Source: Octopus bimaculoides (taxonomy: Eukaryota). Taken from it: a stretch of DNA of 64,000 nucleotides. The notes below the pieces were generated by a model that had not been told where the DNA came from, made no database searches, and was given only the letters and a program-made list of their open reading frames with translations. The stretch is taken from positions 85,401,739 to 85,465,738 of the forward strand of contig NC_068985.1 in assembly GCF_001194135.2 (NCBI RefSeq). Reading direction: 5' to 3'. Both the position numbers and the translations under genes were made by a program. Shown here piece after piece: positions 13,736 through 27,850 of this stretch (positions are counted from its first letter, which is position 1; every line of letters begins with the position of its first letter).

Positions 13736-15562
13736 GAAACAAGGTAAAAGAAGGAACTTATGAGGAGAAGTGACTTATGAAAGGGTGAAGAATGTCAAGA
13801 CATCGTTGTATATGGAATTTGGGAATCAACAACTAGAAGAAACTTAGTTCATAGGAATAAAAGAAACAATGGAAAATAGTAAGACATTTTGATGAAAGAA
13901 TGACGAGAGGCTAGCAGAAAAGATTTTATCAAAGAATTTTTTCACCTTCAAGATTATAGTTTCTTTCAAACCACTAAAAGAGCCTCTATATGGTCATTCG
14001 ACTAGCTAGGAATAGCAGTAAGATTTCTTTTTTAAATCACAGCATACTGCCTTTAAAGATATTCAAAGCTACAGTGGACCATATAGTATTAGTTAGATGA
14101 GGCCTGAAAAAAGATAAGAGTGAAATGTATTTTATCAGGACTGACAAAGTTTCTATTCTTTTCTGTGGGAGCATAAGCCCCCATAGGGAAGGAATGACAA
14201 AAGTGTGACATTCATACTCTTTATTATAGCACAACATGGACAATGAGGTGAGAACAGAGGCAAGATTAAATGGGGTTGCCACTGCAGTAGCAGTAGAAAA
14301 GGCAGAGTAAAGAGACACTATGTTTCTGGACCAGAGTTTAAAATGTGTTGGTCAGTGACTTCTTGATAATTAAGCAGGCAACCTTAATTCATAGCAAGCA
14401 TGGTTCTTGCTCAATGGCTTTTACTATGACACAGCATATGCATAAAGTCAATGGTGGAAAGGAAAGTAGGTGATTGATCTGACCTGCATGTATTACTGGT
14501 ACATATGTTACTAACTCTAGAAAGATAAAATAGTTATGCTGAAATAGATAATAATCCTTCATCCTATATTCTTAATTGGTCAAGTTTTATGTTTGATGGT
14601 GAGAATCATTTCAAAAGTCAAGCTATTCAAATGCTACATTTTGAACTTATTGATAAGTTTGATTTCTTCAATGAAAGAGTCTTTATCAATAAGTTTTTTC
14701 ATTACACAGAATATTTTTCATGAGTATTGACAATTCAAAATAAGAGAGCAGAAACTGAAAACCTGTTTCAAAAAATATTTCATTTTAAAGCAAGATCAAT
14801 CTGTGTTTTACTTGCAAATTAGCCAGAGCTATACAAAGGGATGGGATATAATTTTTTCCTGTGAGGATTGCAATGGAAAAGATACTTGCACTGTCAAGAT
14901 TGCTGTTGTTAACCCATGTGAGTTTCTCTTTCGTGAGACTATTACACAAATTCAATAGCAGAATGAAGTAATTCTTTGTATATTAGTATTTTTAGAAGTA
15001 TAATTGTATGAGCTATTTCTAAAACATGATAGCAGCCTTAACTTAATTCTACTGAAGAAATGATCAAGCACAGACATAGAATGAGTAAAACAAAAGGAAT
15101 GGTTTACTCCTGAGGTTATCCAATATCAACCAACAAATAATTTGATTGGAGGTTTGTTAATATAATTGCAGAAATATGAAAATATGACATTTGGAAATTT
15201 GTTGAAGTGGAACCCTGATATCAAAGAGTAGCTTTCACATCATTCCAGTCAGCAACATTATTAAAAAATGGTACATGAATTTCTGACATTCTTCATGAGG
15301 CACACTAGTGATTTGGTGAAACATGAGCAGCCTGCCTTAATCCAATTAATGTACAGACAGACAGACACACACATGTATACATATATTTATATATTTGTGT
15401 ATGTGTGTGTTTGTGATTGTGTGTGTGCTTGTGTGGTCAAGTGCAATAGTTTTTAAATGAGCTTTGAACATATTTATTTCTAACATAAACATGGTACTAA
15501 CTTGAAATATATGAGTATATACTGCTGCGAGTTGTGTATCTCAAAGTAAAGCAACATATATA

Positions 15563-16583
15563 CAGGGGTTGGGCAAAATAATGGGAACACCTAGCATCAT
15601 AGAATCATAATTTTGAAATATCTATAAAAACTGTCAAAAGCTTGTTTATTTTATGTTTTTTTTATTTATTATTAGTGTTGCTTAATATGTTTTGATAAAA
15701 TTGCTGTTTCTTTTCAGATATCATCAGAAAAAGGTAATTAAAATTCATTAACATGACAGATCTAATGGACTTACAAAGCGGTAAATTGTTGGTGCTTATA
15801 TGGCAGATACTAGTGTAATGAAAACACCTGAAATGTTTGGTGTATCAAGCAGTACTGTCTCGAAAGTAATGGTAGCTTTTGAGAAAGAGGGAAAAACCTC
15901 CTCGCCGAAACAAAACTCCGGAAGCAAACCATAACTCTCAGAGAAGGACTGTCAGACTCTTACGCGAATTGTTAGAGAGGATCACAAAAGTACAGCTCCC
16001 AAAATTACTGCAGAGCTTAATGACCACCTCAAGAATCCAGTTTCCACAAAAAACTGTTTGCTGGGAGCTGCACAAAACCGGATTGCATGGGAAGGCTGCA
16101 ATCAGAAAAACACTACTTTCAAAAACAAATGTTGCAAAGTGTTTAGAGTGGAGTAAAAACTGACAGAATTGGTCCCTAGAGCAGTGGAAGAATATTATTT
16201 TCTTGGATGAGTCATCCTTTACCTCATTTCCAACCACCGGCCGAGTATACATGTGGAGACAGCCAAAAGATGCATCTGACCCAGACTGTCTTCTTCCAAC
16301 TGTTAAACATGAAGGAAGATCTGTGATGATCTGGGAGGGGCTATACCTTAGAAATCCACTGTCCCAATGGTTTCCCTTCATGGCAGAATTAATAGTCAAG
16401 ACTATTTTATCAAATTCATCCTATGGTTGTGGAACTGTTTCTGAAGGAAAACAATTCAAACTTTGTACAAGTTCATACCTCATTGAATTCAAGGTGTAAT
16501 TACTGCCAAAGGTGGTCCTCCCCTATATTAAAATAAATTTGTTTGAAATTCTAAGGTGTTTCCATTATTTTGTCCAACCCTTG
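15563..16583 (+). mobile_element. Tc1-like DNA transposon, internally deleted
   Basis: TA-flanked 30-bp TIRs (caggggttgggcaaaataatgggaacacct, 27/30 match to the right end). Remnants: FGVSSSTVSKV, KSTAPKITAELN, WKNIIFLDESSF, PTVKHEGRSVMIW. Confidence 0.92.
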
Positions 16584-18589
16584 TATATGCACACACACAC
16601 ACACACACACACAAACATGTGCATACATGCAACACATCATAACTATGCTGCAACTTCTAAGTTGACCTTAATGCAATCTTTAATAATGTCTTCTTGATGC
16701 TTGACTATGAAATTAACCAGAGTCTGAATGGTGTGACACTGACATTCAGAATTCAAACATCCCAGAAACATGGTGGCTTCAATCAGTAGCTTTCTGATTG
16801 TTTACAAAAATTAACTTGGTTAAGAGATGCCTGTTTTGAATCACTCCTTAAAGTAAATCTTTACAACTTTCTCTGCTAAGATTGTTGAAGCAATATCTAG
16901 ATTAAAGAAGCTTGGAGTTGAAACAATGCATTTAGTTATCCACATGAAACACATTCAGTTGCCAACCATTATACTAGACCAGTTTTGGCTTCTACAATAA
17001 AATATTTTTCTTTGTTTATTTGAAATTTTTTAATCAATGCTGTTCTTAAAGTGTAGCAAAATCAGATATATGCACACACTCTCATATATAAAAGCAAGTG
17101 ACTACATATTCATACATACAAACATGAGAAAAGAACTCAATATGAAGTGCAGAGAAATATAAAATTTATAATGTTACTTTTTTTTATATACGTGCATGTT
17201 TTTGTGTATGTGTTTGTTATATGTAAGGTAAGCACTATTATATATCCCGATCTAGTTTTTGTCTCCTCAGCCTTTTGTGCAACTCTACATGTCAATAGTT
17301 TGAGTACAGTTGACAAAAAGGCTAATTGAATGGCATCTAGGCCTGGATGTATAAACCTGCTTACCTTACATAGATCAAACATTGCACACTGTTAATACAA
17401 ATGTGTTTAAAGCTGATTAATATTGGTTTCTTGAAAGACAATTGCTTTTGTGAGAAACTTGGAGTAATAACATTTAAAACTGAGAATGTTTGAAATACAC
17501 CCATAAACACTTTCAAGCAAGTAAAAACCTGTTCGTTATTTATTTATTTAATTTTTTTTCTCTGTATTTCATGCTTTATTCAAATTCCAAATCTATCTAT
17601 GGTTATATAGAATATTTGATTCTCTATGCCAATATAAAATGTCACAATATTTAAAAAATAAAAATATTCTTGAGAATGACTTTAACTTCATTTAGGAAAC
17701 ATTTTTTTTATGCTTTTCTTTTTCCCCTCTTTGTTGGCTAGATAGACAAACAAAATCGATTGGAAGAATATGAGAAGACTGTTTGCAAATGAGTATATTA
17801 TTGGTACCGTTTACTGTTTTTTGTTTTTTTAAATTTCATTTGCTTAAGTCATTTTTCAAAGGGCACTTCAGATAACTACATTGTGATGTTTACAGTGTGT
17901 CTGTGTGCATGTGTACAAAAGTATCAAAAAATGGATGTGAATGTGATAGCACACAAGGTGATAACTGCGTTGGGCTAATATAACTATGAAATTGCTAAAC
18001 TTTTGTTAAACTGGAATGTGTTTTTTATTGAAATTTCACTGTATTTGTTTGTGATTTTCTCTTTGACAATTGACAAATGCTTTCATTTTTTCTTCTCTAA
18101 CACACAGATATATGCTCTGACACATGCATTTGTGCATGTGTGTGTGATGCATACACACACACACACACACACATATTTATATGCACACAGACATACATAC
18201 ACAGACATACACACACACACACACACACACATGTGTATCTTTTATTGGAATTTATCATATTGCAAGCTGAAAAGTCACAGCCATAAATTTTTAATGCAAA
18301 ATAAAGAAAAGAAAGCTGGAAAAATTTTAATGAAAAACTGAAACATCCACAATTCTTATTTTAAAATGTTTATGTGGCATGACATAAGAAAGGACAAGCC
18401 CATGACTTCTAGTCTTTTTCAAGCAAATGACCCATATTTTTTTTTTTTTAAATATTTGTAAGAAAATATCTCTGACACCATTTTGGGAAGCTTGTTATAT
18501 TTCTGATTGCAGTTTTCATCTGCAAGGCATATATGATGTGATTGATGAACTCGTTGGGAGCATTTAGCATCTATACAAGATTGTTATTA

Positions 18590-18629
18590 TTATTATTACT
18601 AGTAGTAGTAGCAGCTGTTGTAGTAGTAA

Positions 18630-18661
<32 letters not shown>

Positions 18662-18725
18662 ATAGTAGTAGTAGTAGTATAGTAGCAGAAGTAGCAATGA
18701 AATCATCATTATCATCATCATTATT
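18590..18725. repeat. (TAG)n/(TTA)n/(ATC)n trinucleotide cluster
   Basis: Visible directly in the sequence. Confidence 0.95.
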
Positions 18726-20751
18726 AATAGTAGGTATTGTGTTTTTGTCGTTGTCATATAATTGTGCTTTCTTTCCGATTTCACATACTGGATTATAACT
18801 GAGGCACTAAATCACGCCAGTGGATGGGGAATGGGGGGGGGGGGAATGGGCTTTGTCTGACCTCAATGTTTTACCCAGTCATTTAGCAGTGTAAATGAAC
18901 GGAACTGAACTGAATTAACTTCAGCTGGGAATTGAAACTGAGTCACAAGCTCAGCTTACTAAGAGCTTATTTTGGCTTTACAATTCATGCTGTGTCACAC
19001 CACTTCAAGCTACACCACACCTCTATTGATTTAGGATAATATTGATTATGAAACAAATTACTTTTAAAATCAAATATATCTAAAAATTAAAAAAAAAATG
19101 AAAAAAGACTGCATTTTTGTAAAGTTTTTTTTTTGTTTTATTTTTTTAAAGATCTTCACATTATTGCATTAAAGTTTGTAATAGACTTATCTTTTTTTTT
19201 TTATTTTGTTTATTTTTGTTGTGGCTTTTGTTGAATCCAGATATGAAAAATATACAATTTCTATTTACAGACAATTTAATTTTTTTTGAAACATAAAAAA
19301 AAAAAAATGTTTTTTTAGAAGCATACACAAAGACACATTAAAAAAAAATAGGCTACATATCAGCTACTAAACAAGAGAGTGAGAGAGAGAGAGAGAGAGA
19401 GAGAAATTACAGAAAGGATATTCGCAGACTTGATTTGAATACAAGAAAACACTTTTTTTAAGATGTCTGCCATTTTTGCAATTAAGGGGTTAATGAGACA
19501 TAGAGGAGGTATATAATATTGATGATGGCTTTTTCAAAAAAATTGAAAAATCAAGTACCAATAGAAATTAATCACAATCATGAGTGCTTTGATGAGTTCT
19601 AGTAAAATCTGACAAAAAGTAAAAGATTTACGGATTCAATGAAGAAAAATGAAATGAGTATTTGTTTATTTATCTATTGTTGTTGTTGTTGCTATTATTA
19701 TTATTATTATTATATAGTCTTATTATTATTCAATATTTTTTAAATTTCTAATGCATGCTTTCACTGAGTGCTGTTTGGTGCCTTGAATATGTACAGTTTT
19801 TTTCGTTTGGTTAGATTTTACTTTGTATTGTGCATGTGCTGTGCTTAAGTGATACCATTTTTTTGTGTGTCAGGTATATTTGTAAATCATGGGCTTTTTT
19901 TTTATGTATTTGTTTGTGTTTTTTTTTTATCATTCCTGAAGCACTTATTATTTATAGGGAGTGTTTCAGTTTTCAGGCCCCCACATTCAGGTTCTCTCTG
20001 TTTCCATATCTTTATATTTAGATAATTTCTCTTTTTTTTTCTTTTAGAGACTCAATATCATCTGATGAGACAACAAGATATTGTTGTTATTGCTTTTGCT
20101 ATTATTATTAGTTGCTATGTGAAATTTACATGAAACATTTTTTTTGGTTTTAATTGCAGATTTTTTTTTTATTGCTTTGTATTTTTGGTGTTTACTTTCT
20201 ATTCTCCTTGCAATGAAGTTATTCATTTATATGTTTGTTTTGTCTTCAATTCTAAATTCTTATTTTCACAAGTATTTAAACACTAGATGTGTGCAATCAC
20301 AAATATATCATCATTTAACGTCCATGTTCCATAATATGCATACTTACAAATATACTTTATATAAAACACACACGTACGCATGCACGCACACGCACACACA
20401 CACACACACACCCAAAATCAGAGTTTAAAATTTACAAAAAAGTCTCCAGCAGGATATTATGTAAGAAAATATAATCAGTGGAATGACTGATAATAGAAAT
20501 GTGTCATTATTCCTTTTTAAGAGAAACATTCTTATATTTCATGTCATTCATTCTTGCATCAGAAAATTATTGGATGTTGGAACGAAACCAAATGCAAAGA
20601 AATCTCTGTGACTTTGTTAAGTCTGTGGCACAAAGCATGGGGAACTCAATTCCAGTGTCTATGCAGTCAAGATAATCAATGAAATACATTTAACCATTGC
20701 AAGACCCCGTTTGCTCTTGTAATCTTCCATAGTTTTCCTGTTTTATCTATT

Positions 20752-20962
20752 TATTCTTTCACTTGTTTCAGTCATTTGACTGTGGCCATGCTGGAGCACC
20801 GCCTTTACTCGAGCAAATTGACCCTAGGACTTATTCTTGTAAGCCTAGTACTTATTCTATTGGTCTCTTTTGCCGAACCGCTAAGTTATGGGGACGTATA
20901 CACACCAGCATTGGTTGTCAAACAATGTTGAGAGGACTAACAGACACACAATTATATGCATG

Positions 20963-21010
<48 letters not shown>

Positions 21011-21176
21011 TATGACGGGCGTCTTTCAATTTCTGTCTACCAAATCCACTCACAAGGCTTTGGTCGGCCCGAGGCTATAGTAGAAGACACTTGCCCAAGG
21101 TGCCACACAGTGGAACTGAACCCGGAACCATGTGGTTCGTAAGCAAGCTACTTACCACACAACCACTTCTACACCT
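20752..21176 (-). mobile_element. tRNA-derived SINE with internal (TA)n/(TG)n microsatellite
   Basis: Head with A/B boxes (tggttgtgtgg; gggttcagttcc), a ccttgggcaagtgtcttctac domain, an internal microsatellite, then a tail ending gaaacaagt. Other copies or halves: 25990-26190 (-), 41690-41890 (+), 59240-59480 (+), 63797-64000 (+). Confidence 0.85.
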
Positions 21177-21839
21177 TTATTTAATTATTTATTTAATTAT
21201 TTTTCATCAATATGCATTCATGAAAGAAAATAGCTTCATTGAATATTTGAATTTTAGAGTGATCAAATGAGGAACCCAGTAATTCTCTGGTAGGCTTATT
21301 AGAGAATCAGACAAAATGCTCTTTACCGAATTCAGTTCGGCTGAGAGTAACTTTGTCTTTTGTTCTTCTGAAGGTGATGAAATAAAGTACTAGTCCAGTG
21401 GGGATGATTTAGAAATAATCTTGAGGGCATTGTATAAACTACTTTGTGATATTTCTTTCAGCTGAGGTAGCTGTGGAGATCTTAATGAATATCTGACAAT
21501 ATGGCATCTTGTAAAAGAAGGCAATGAGAAATCAACTCTATTCTCCTATGAAAATTCTTTGATAAGCACATTGTATTTGCCAAGGAAGTAACTAATGGTT
21601 GTTTATCAATTTGACGGTATATGTTTGGCCCCAATGTTATCCCTGACTGAACAACTGATGATCAGAAGCATTCCTGTTATGAGAAGTCTATCTTTTTCCT
21701 ATGTACAATGAACGTACGATCATATAATTCAACATAATTCTTTTTTTTTTTTTCTATCATGACAGGATATGAAATTAGGAAAATGTTATTTTTAGTAAGT
21801 GACTAAAATTGATTTTCATTTACTGATCTAAGGTCCTTG

Positions 21840-22190
21840 GAATGAGATTCTGGGGACAGGCTGGTGCATCTCTACAGTGTTTGTTATGCCGATGTAGGGA
21901 CAATTTTGTCATTCACTTTTGACAACCAGTTCATTTCCAGCTTCATGTCCTGATTAAAAGCAATATGGCAAAGATAAGGTCTCTGAGTTCAGCCTCTCTT
22001 ACTTTAGTGACAGCAGAAATTTTACAAGTTACCATCAATGAGATTTGGGGTGCAGATGTCTGGGATGTTGCTGTCAAAAGCTTCTTCATTCAGCATTGCA
22101 GATAATATCATACTGAAGAGTATTGCCATTTTTATGATTAACTTTGGACTTATTTTCTTCCTGGTAGTATCCATTTAGCAGAGTGTACTT
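21840..22190 (-). mobile_element. Decayed RTE (BovB-like) RT fragment
   Basis: The minus strand reads LFSMILSAMLNEEAF...VREAELRDLIFA...VEMHQPVP, resembling RT motifs 4-6 of this clade. Confidence 0.6.
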
Positions 22191-22723
22191 GATGTGTTTT
22201 ATTAGGGTCCCAAAACTAGGGTTTGTTTTTTTATCCTATAAAACTAAAGATTCCTTACTACAGTGTGATGTGTTCATTTAATCAAAGCAATGTGACTAAC
22301 AAAATGAACAAAAGAAAAAGTGAAGACAACAAACAGGGTGGGTGGGTGACAAAAGAAGCAAAAGCATGATGGTAAAGAAAAAGAAAGAAAGAGAGAGAGT
22401 GAGTGATGGGGATTAACAGAAGTGGATAAATGGTAAGAGGGAAGTCAATAAGTGGTCCAGGGCAAAGGGCTGATAGTAGAGTGCGAAGGGCACAGTTTAA
22501 TAGATTGGTCTCATGATGGGAAAAAGAGGGAGAGTGGTAAAGATATTAAGAGGAGGGACTGAATATCGGTGAATTGAATGCCAAACCTCATTTCATAGGA
22601 AGCTTAGAGCAATGAATAGAATAAACGGTGAATGAGAAAAAAAAAAAAAAAAATTCAAGTTAGACCAGTTCACAGCCTGCATAGTATAGTGAATAGGGGA
22701 GACCCACTATTATCTTTACTTAC

Positions 22724-22744
22724 AGCAGCAGTATGGTACAGTGA
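22724..22744 (-). CDS. Candidate 21-nt microexon (SLYHTAA) of the Kirre-like gene
   Basis: Minus strand tctgtcaccccccccctttcttctag|TCACTGTACCATACTGCTGCT|gtaagta. Strong pyrimidine tract and consensus donor. Phase 0-0 matches the phase-0 end of exon 32716-32867. No transcript evidence. Confidence 0.35.
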
Positions 22745-22807
22745 CTAGAAGAAAGGGGGGGGGTGACAGAAAGAAGCATGTCATGTGTGTGTGTGTGTGT
22801 GTATGTG

Positions 22808-24059
22808 TGAAGTGATATCAACATTTCCACAGACTAGTTATGGTTAATAAAAAAATAACTTATTTTTTAAAATCATTTCCTTTGAAATAGTCACTTTCTG
22901 CAGCAATAGACTGGGCCCCAGCATTTCTGCCACTTTTAGAATCCAGCCTAGAAGTTGTTTCCTGTAAGCGAATTGAAGACTGAATGCAATTTGTTCTTGA
23001 TGTTGACAACAATGTTACAATGGCAACCTTTGAGCTGCATTTTCATCTTGGGGAAGAGACGAAAGTCTGCAAATGCTAAATCTGGCGAATAGGGTGGGTG
23101 CAGCGATGATACCATGGTGTTTTTGGTGAGAAACTCACAAGTGAGGAGAGCTTGGTGACAGGTGCATCGTGATCCTGAAGAATCCATTTCTTTGCAGTTC
23201 ACAGATTCAGTTCCTTTTGCTGAATGTCCTCCCTCAAATGCTTCGTCACCTTCTAGCACTTGTGCTGGTAGCACGTTAGAAAATCATTCGAGCGAAGTCA
23301 TTGCCAGTGCCGCTGGACTGGCTCCCATGCAGGTGGCACGTAAAAAACACATTTTTGAGTGTGGCCGTTGACAACACCGCCTGACTGGCCCTCGTGCCGG
23401 TGGCATGTAAAAGCACCCACTACACTCTCAGAGTGGTTGGCGTTAGGAAGGGCATCCAGCTGTAGAAACTCTGCCAAATCAGACTGGAGCCTGGTGCAGC
23501 CTTCTGGCTTGCCAGTCCTCAGTTAAATTGTCCAACCCATGCTAGCATGGAAAGCGGACGTTAAACAATGATGATGATGATAATGATGATGCCAATGATT
23601 GTCCTCCAATAATCTTCATGCACAACCTGATGACCTTTCTCCACATCTCTAGGGGTGATGCTCATGGCAGGTCTTCCAGATCACTCATCATATTCCAGGG
23701 ATGCTCTTCCACTTCTGAAGTCTCCTTGCCACTCAAAACATTGTGTATGACTTATTGCCTCATCACCATAAGCTTGCTGAAGCATGTTCAATGTCTCTGT
23801 AGTAGACTTTCCAAGTTTAAGACAAAACTTTATGATGGCTCTTTGTTCTAACTTCCTGCCAATGACAAAAATCACAGACTACGTCATACACATGATCACA
23901 AAAACACAAATTTCACAACTTGCAAAGTAAACACAACAATGTCAATTGGCACACTGCCCCATGAAGGTCACTGCTAGCTCTCACTGCACAAGCAACCATG
24001 TGCTGCCATCTGTTTGTGCACTACAGAACTAGTCCGGGAACCTTTTTGGTACCACCTCA
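22808..24059 (-). mobile_element. Mariner (DD34D) transposon, decayed, interrupted by an RTE 3'UTR
   Basis: EQRAIIKFCLKLGKSTTETLNMLQQAYGDEA and HPPYSPDLAFADFRLFPKMK. Degenerate TIRs tgaggtggtaccaaaaaggttcccggacta and tgaagtgatatcaacatttccacagactag. Confidence 0.88.
23243..23591 (+). mobile_element. RTE 3'UTR copy inserted inside the mariner element
   Basis: Same module as 6262-6545 and 61885-62250. It splits the mariner transposase between the N-terminal HTH and the catalytic C-terminus. Confidence 0.85.
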
Positions 24060-26461
24060 TGCATGTGCAGACATCTTTGTGTCCATGTCTGTCCCACCAC
24101 TACCAGACAGCTGACTGCCCTCTTCCCTGCAATGTACCAGCTTGGTAAAAGAAACTGACAGAACAAGTACTTGACCTTCTCCCACCAAAAAAAAAAAAGG
24201 TCAGAGGTCAATCCATCTGACCTCAAGGTAGCACCCCAGCATAACTGCAGTTATGCAGTGACTGAAACAAGCAAAACAAATTGACCACATATGTGTGGGA
24301 ATCGATTCGCACATGTACAAATGACCATTTTCTTTTCCATTAGGGATGTTTATATGCCCTAATATTAGACTATTTACTATAGTCACTATACAATGAATGC
24401 TTTTCAATCCCCATCGTTTCATAGTTCAAGCAGAATTCACACATTTAAGTTGCATGGAGTTACTTTCTGTGCTAGAAATAACTGAAAAATCTCCTTCACC
24501 ACTATCAGATTCCTGAAAATAACAGTGATGAAAATATGTTTAAACATCTCTTTTCTAATTAGTAAAGAGATGTGTATGCAGTGACGCATTTTTAGGTGGA
24601 GGTTTTGAGTCTTATTAAATATTTTCAGTCTTTATTTGACTACACAGGGATAAAAAAAAAGTTGAAAGATTTTAAGATCCCTCACTGAAGGACCTAAGCA
24701 AGATGTTTCTATGTCAAATCTGTTTGATTTTGTGGTGCTCATAGCTTTTTCTGTGACTGTAGTAATACATGGGGGGGGGGATGTGAAATGTTTAAGGACA
24801 CAACATTAGGCCACACACCTTCATGGCAGAATAAATAGAGGTCATAGATTAATTTCTTACAGTTTTGAATAATTCTATTTATGTACGGGGTTCAAATTCA
24901 GTCATGGTCAGCTTAGCTTTTCATCCTTTTTGGGATCAATGAAATAAAGTTTTATTGAAGTAAAATGGTCAATTTAATCAACAAACCCCCTCTTCTCAAA
25001 TTCCTCACTCTGTATCTATTTTGTTAGAAACTTTCAAATTTAGATCTGCCTAAGTCACTACTCAGAGTTTTAGTACTGGAAATCTACTCATCTTGCAGTA
25101 AATATTATTATTCTACTGTACCTAGCAGTATTGAGTGAAATGAACCAATACATCTAATTCTACAACCATGTCAAATTGCCATTCCCCCATCCCACCTACA
25201 CAGTTTAGAGAGAAAACACAAACACATTTACCCACAGAACACAGGAGAAATATCTTAAAATTATAGTATTAAAACCTCTATTTTTAAGTTTCAATTGATA
25301 TACTGATTCTTTACATTCTGATTTCAAATCCTGTCTAGGTTAGGTTTACTTTTCATTCTTCAAGGGTTAAAAGAAGGATCTGTCATGCATTGGGGTTATC
25401 TTAATCAAATTTACTATTGATTAGAAATTTTGTATCTCAAAAAATGGACAACAGAGCTTTATTGCATTGGTACAGTTTGTGAAAGACATAATTTCTCAAA
25501 TTATTGTTGATGTAGCTGAGCTGGTTAAGGTTATATATTCTAGCCATTATTCTTTTATTCATACATAGAATATTAAGGAACACATTTTCAAATGTATAAG
25601 ATTGTTGTTAGTATTAGTGGCTATAGTTTTTTTTTTTATTTGGATTCAGGTTAGTTGTGTTCCAGCAGACTTATGCTCAAATATATTCCAACACTGACCA
25701 TCCCAGCTTTTATTCAAACAGTGTATCTATATCTTCATCTTAATCACCATCATCATTTTAATGTCAAATGTTTCATGCTCACATGGGTTGGAGAAAATTT
25801 GCTGAAGTGGAATTTCTACTGCTGGATATCTTTCCTATTGTCAACCCTCACCTGTTTCCCAGTGAGTTAACATTTACTATGGCCAGACACGTTTTTACAG
25901 AAGATTCGAAATGAAGGACAATGAAGGGCACTACATGCATGGCAGTGACACAACTATTATGCAAAATCAAGGCAAGGAGGCAGTAACACACATGCGCATA
26001 TATACACATATACACATGGGCACACACACACACACATATGACAGGCTTCTATCAGCCTTCACCCATCAAACTCACTCACAAGGCCCTGGTTTTTCAGGGC
26101 CACAGCAGAAGACACAAGCCCAAAGTGAGATCAAATCTGAAACCATGCTGTTGAGAAGCAAACCTCCCAGCACACAGCTACGTCTGTGCCTCTTAGCCAT
26201 GCTTTGCACCATTATCTAATCTAATGTACTTGATATAAGTAGCTAAAGTTGTTGTTCATCCCTGGGTCAGTCATTATTCACAAGACATGTGATTACAGAT
26301 CTTCCAAGCTTTGACTACCACATCTTTATTGTAGTTTGGGGACTGTCCAATGTGTTCTTTCATTTCAAAATGATGAAATGTGTAATTTCAGAGACATTTG
26401 CCTGCTTTTTCTAGCAATTTGCATGACCACAGAGACAAACGCAAATGCAAAAATACATATA

Positions 26462-26789
26462 CTCACATATATCATCATCATCATCATCGTCATCACCATG
26501 TAATGCCTGTTTTCCAAACTGGCATGTGTTGGCATGGTTTCTACAAGTGGATACCTTTCTTAATGCCAACCACTTTTCAGAGTGGACTAGGTGTTTTTTT
26601 TTTCTACATGGTAACAACCCAAACGAGGTCACCAAGTAACTTGGAAAACAAAATCACTTCAATTGAAGGGAGAATAGCATCAAAGAGATGACTTTGTGCT
26701 GGGTGTTGAGAAGTAAAGTATGATGGAGGGACAAAACAGGTGTCTTACTGTGGAGGAGATACATAACTACATCAGTCAGAAAAGAGAGA

Positions 26790-26856
<67 letters not shown>

Positions 26857-27850
26857 TGGTGAAGTTGGGATGTACTCTCGGGTTACTGCGAGAGGTGAAG
26901 TGGTACAAGGATTGGATAGGGTAAGTGTGTGGGTAAGTTGATGAGAATGCAAAAGGAGGGTGAGAGATGGCGGGGAAGAGAATACAGTGAGAGGACATGA
27001 GCAGAGGGTGTGGTCGTCAGGAGTTGTTGGGAGAGATTTATTAGGGACAGAATGTGCACAGGAGCAAAGATATAAACAACATGCCTTTAGGGCCTTATTT
27101 TGTCTTCAACGGACAGATCTTCTTAAGTACAGCAAATCGTCAGTCATCTTGGTTGTTTGTCATTTCCTTTGTGAGGCTCTGAAAGGCATTTTTCACCACT
27201 TTGTCCCCCACTTTGGGCTTCCTCTCTTCTAGGTTCCATCCACATTTTGGTGAATGTTACTCCTTCATGCAACCCTCCTCATCCATATACATCTCATGAC
27301 CATATCAATGCAGCCTCCTCTCTTCCACTCTACACCTGATGCCTCTTATGCCCAGTTTTTCTCTCAACACACACTTTGTCATACATGCATACTGGCTTCA
27401 TTTCTTTCAAGCCTCCACATGTCCTCTGCATTCACAGCCCATGTTTCATTACCATGTAGCAGTGCTGTTTGTACACAAGCATCATACAAACTGCCTTTCA
27501 ATCTGAGAGAGAGAGACATTATGTTGCCAACTTTCTCCATCCTATTCTTATTCTAACAAATATACTTTCAAAACAACGTCTTCCATTGTTAATTATGTCA
27601 CCTAAATAACTGACATTATCTACTAACTCTAAGCACCTTCCCAGCCATTTGGGGAAGTCTATTTCCTGTGTGTCCTTAGTATTCATTGCTCCTGCACATC
27701 TGTCCCACACAAGGTTAACTTACTTTGTTACTTCCTGTGATTCTACTGCATCCCTTTGTCCACACTTTCCATTGGACTCCCCACATGTAATTTCTACCCC
27801 TTTTTCCACACATCGACCAGGGTCATTTTCATGAAAGGATTAGTAACCTG
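26462..27850 (-). mobile_element. RTE-clade LINE 3' portion, subfamily with long pyrimidine-rich 3'UTR
   Basis: YLGDIINNGRRCFESIFVRIRIGWRKL and LYDACVQTALLHGNETWAV on the minus strand, then a CT-rich UTR with a (CT)n run and the shared terminal module with a (GAT)n tail. Confidence 0.8.

Noticed and set aside
17365-17388. Second possible 24-nt minus-strand microexon (CAMFDLCK) with a gtaagc donor
   Set aside because: The acceptor (atttgtattaacag) has a poor pyrimidine tract and two cysteines are unlikely in this tail. Probably chance.
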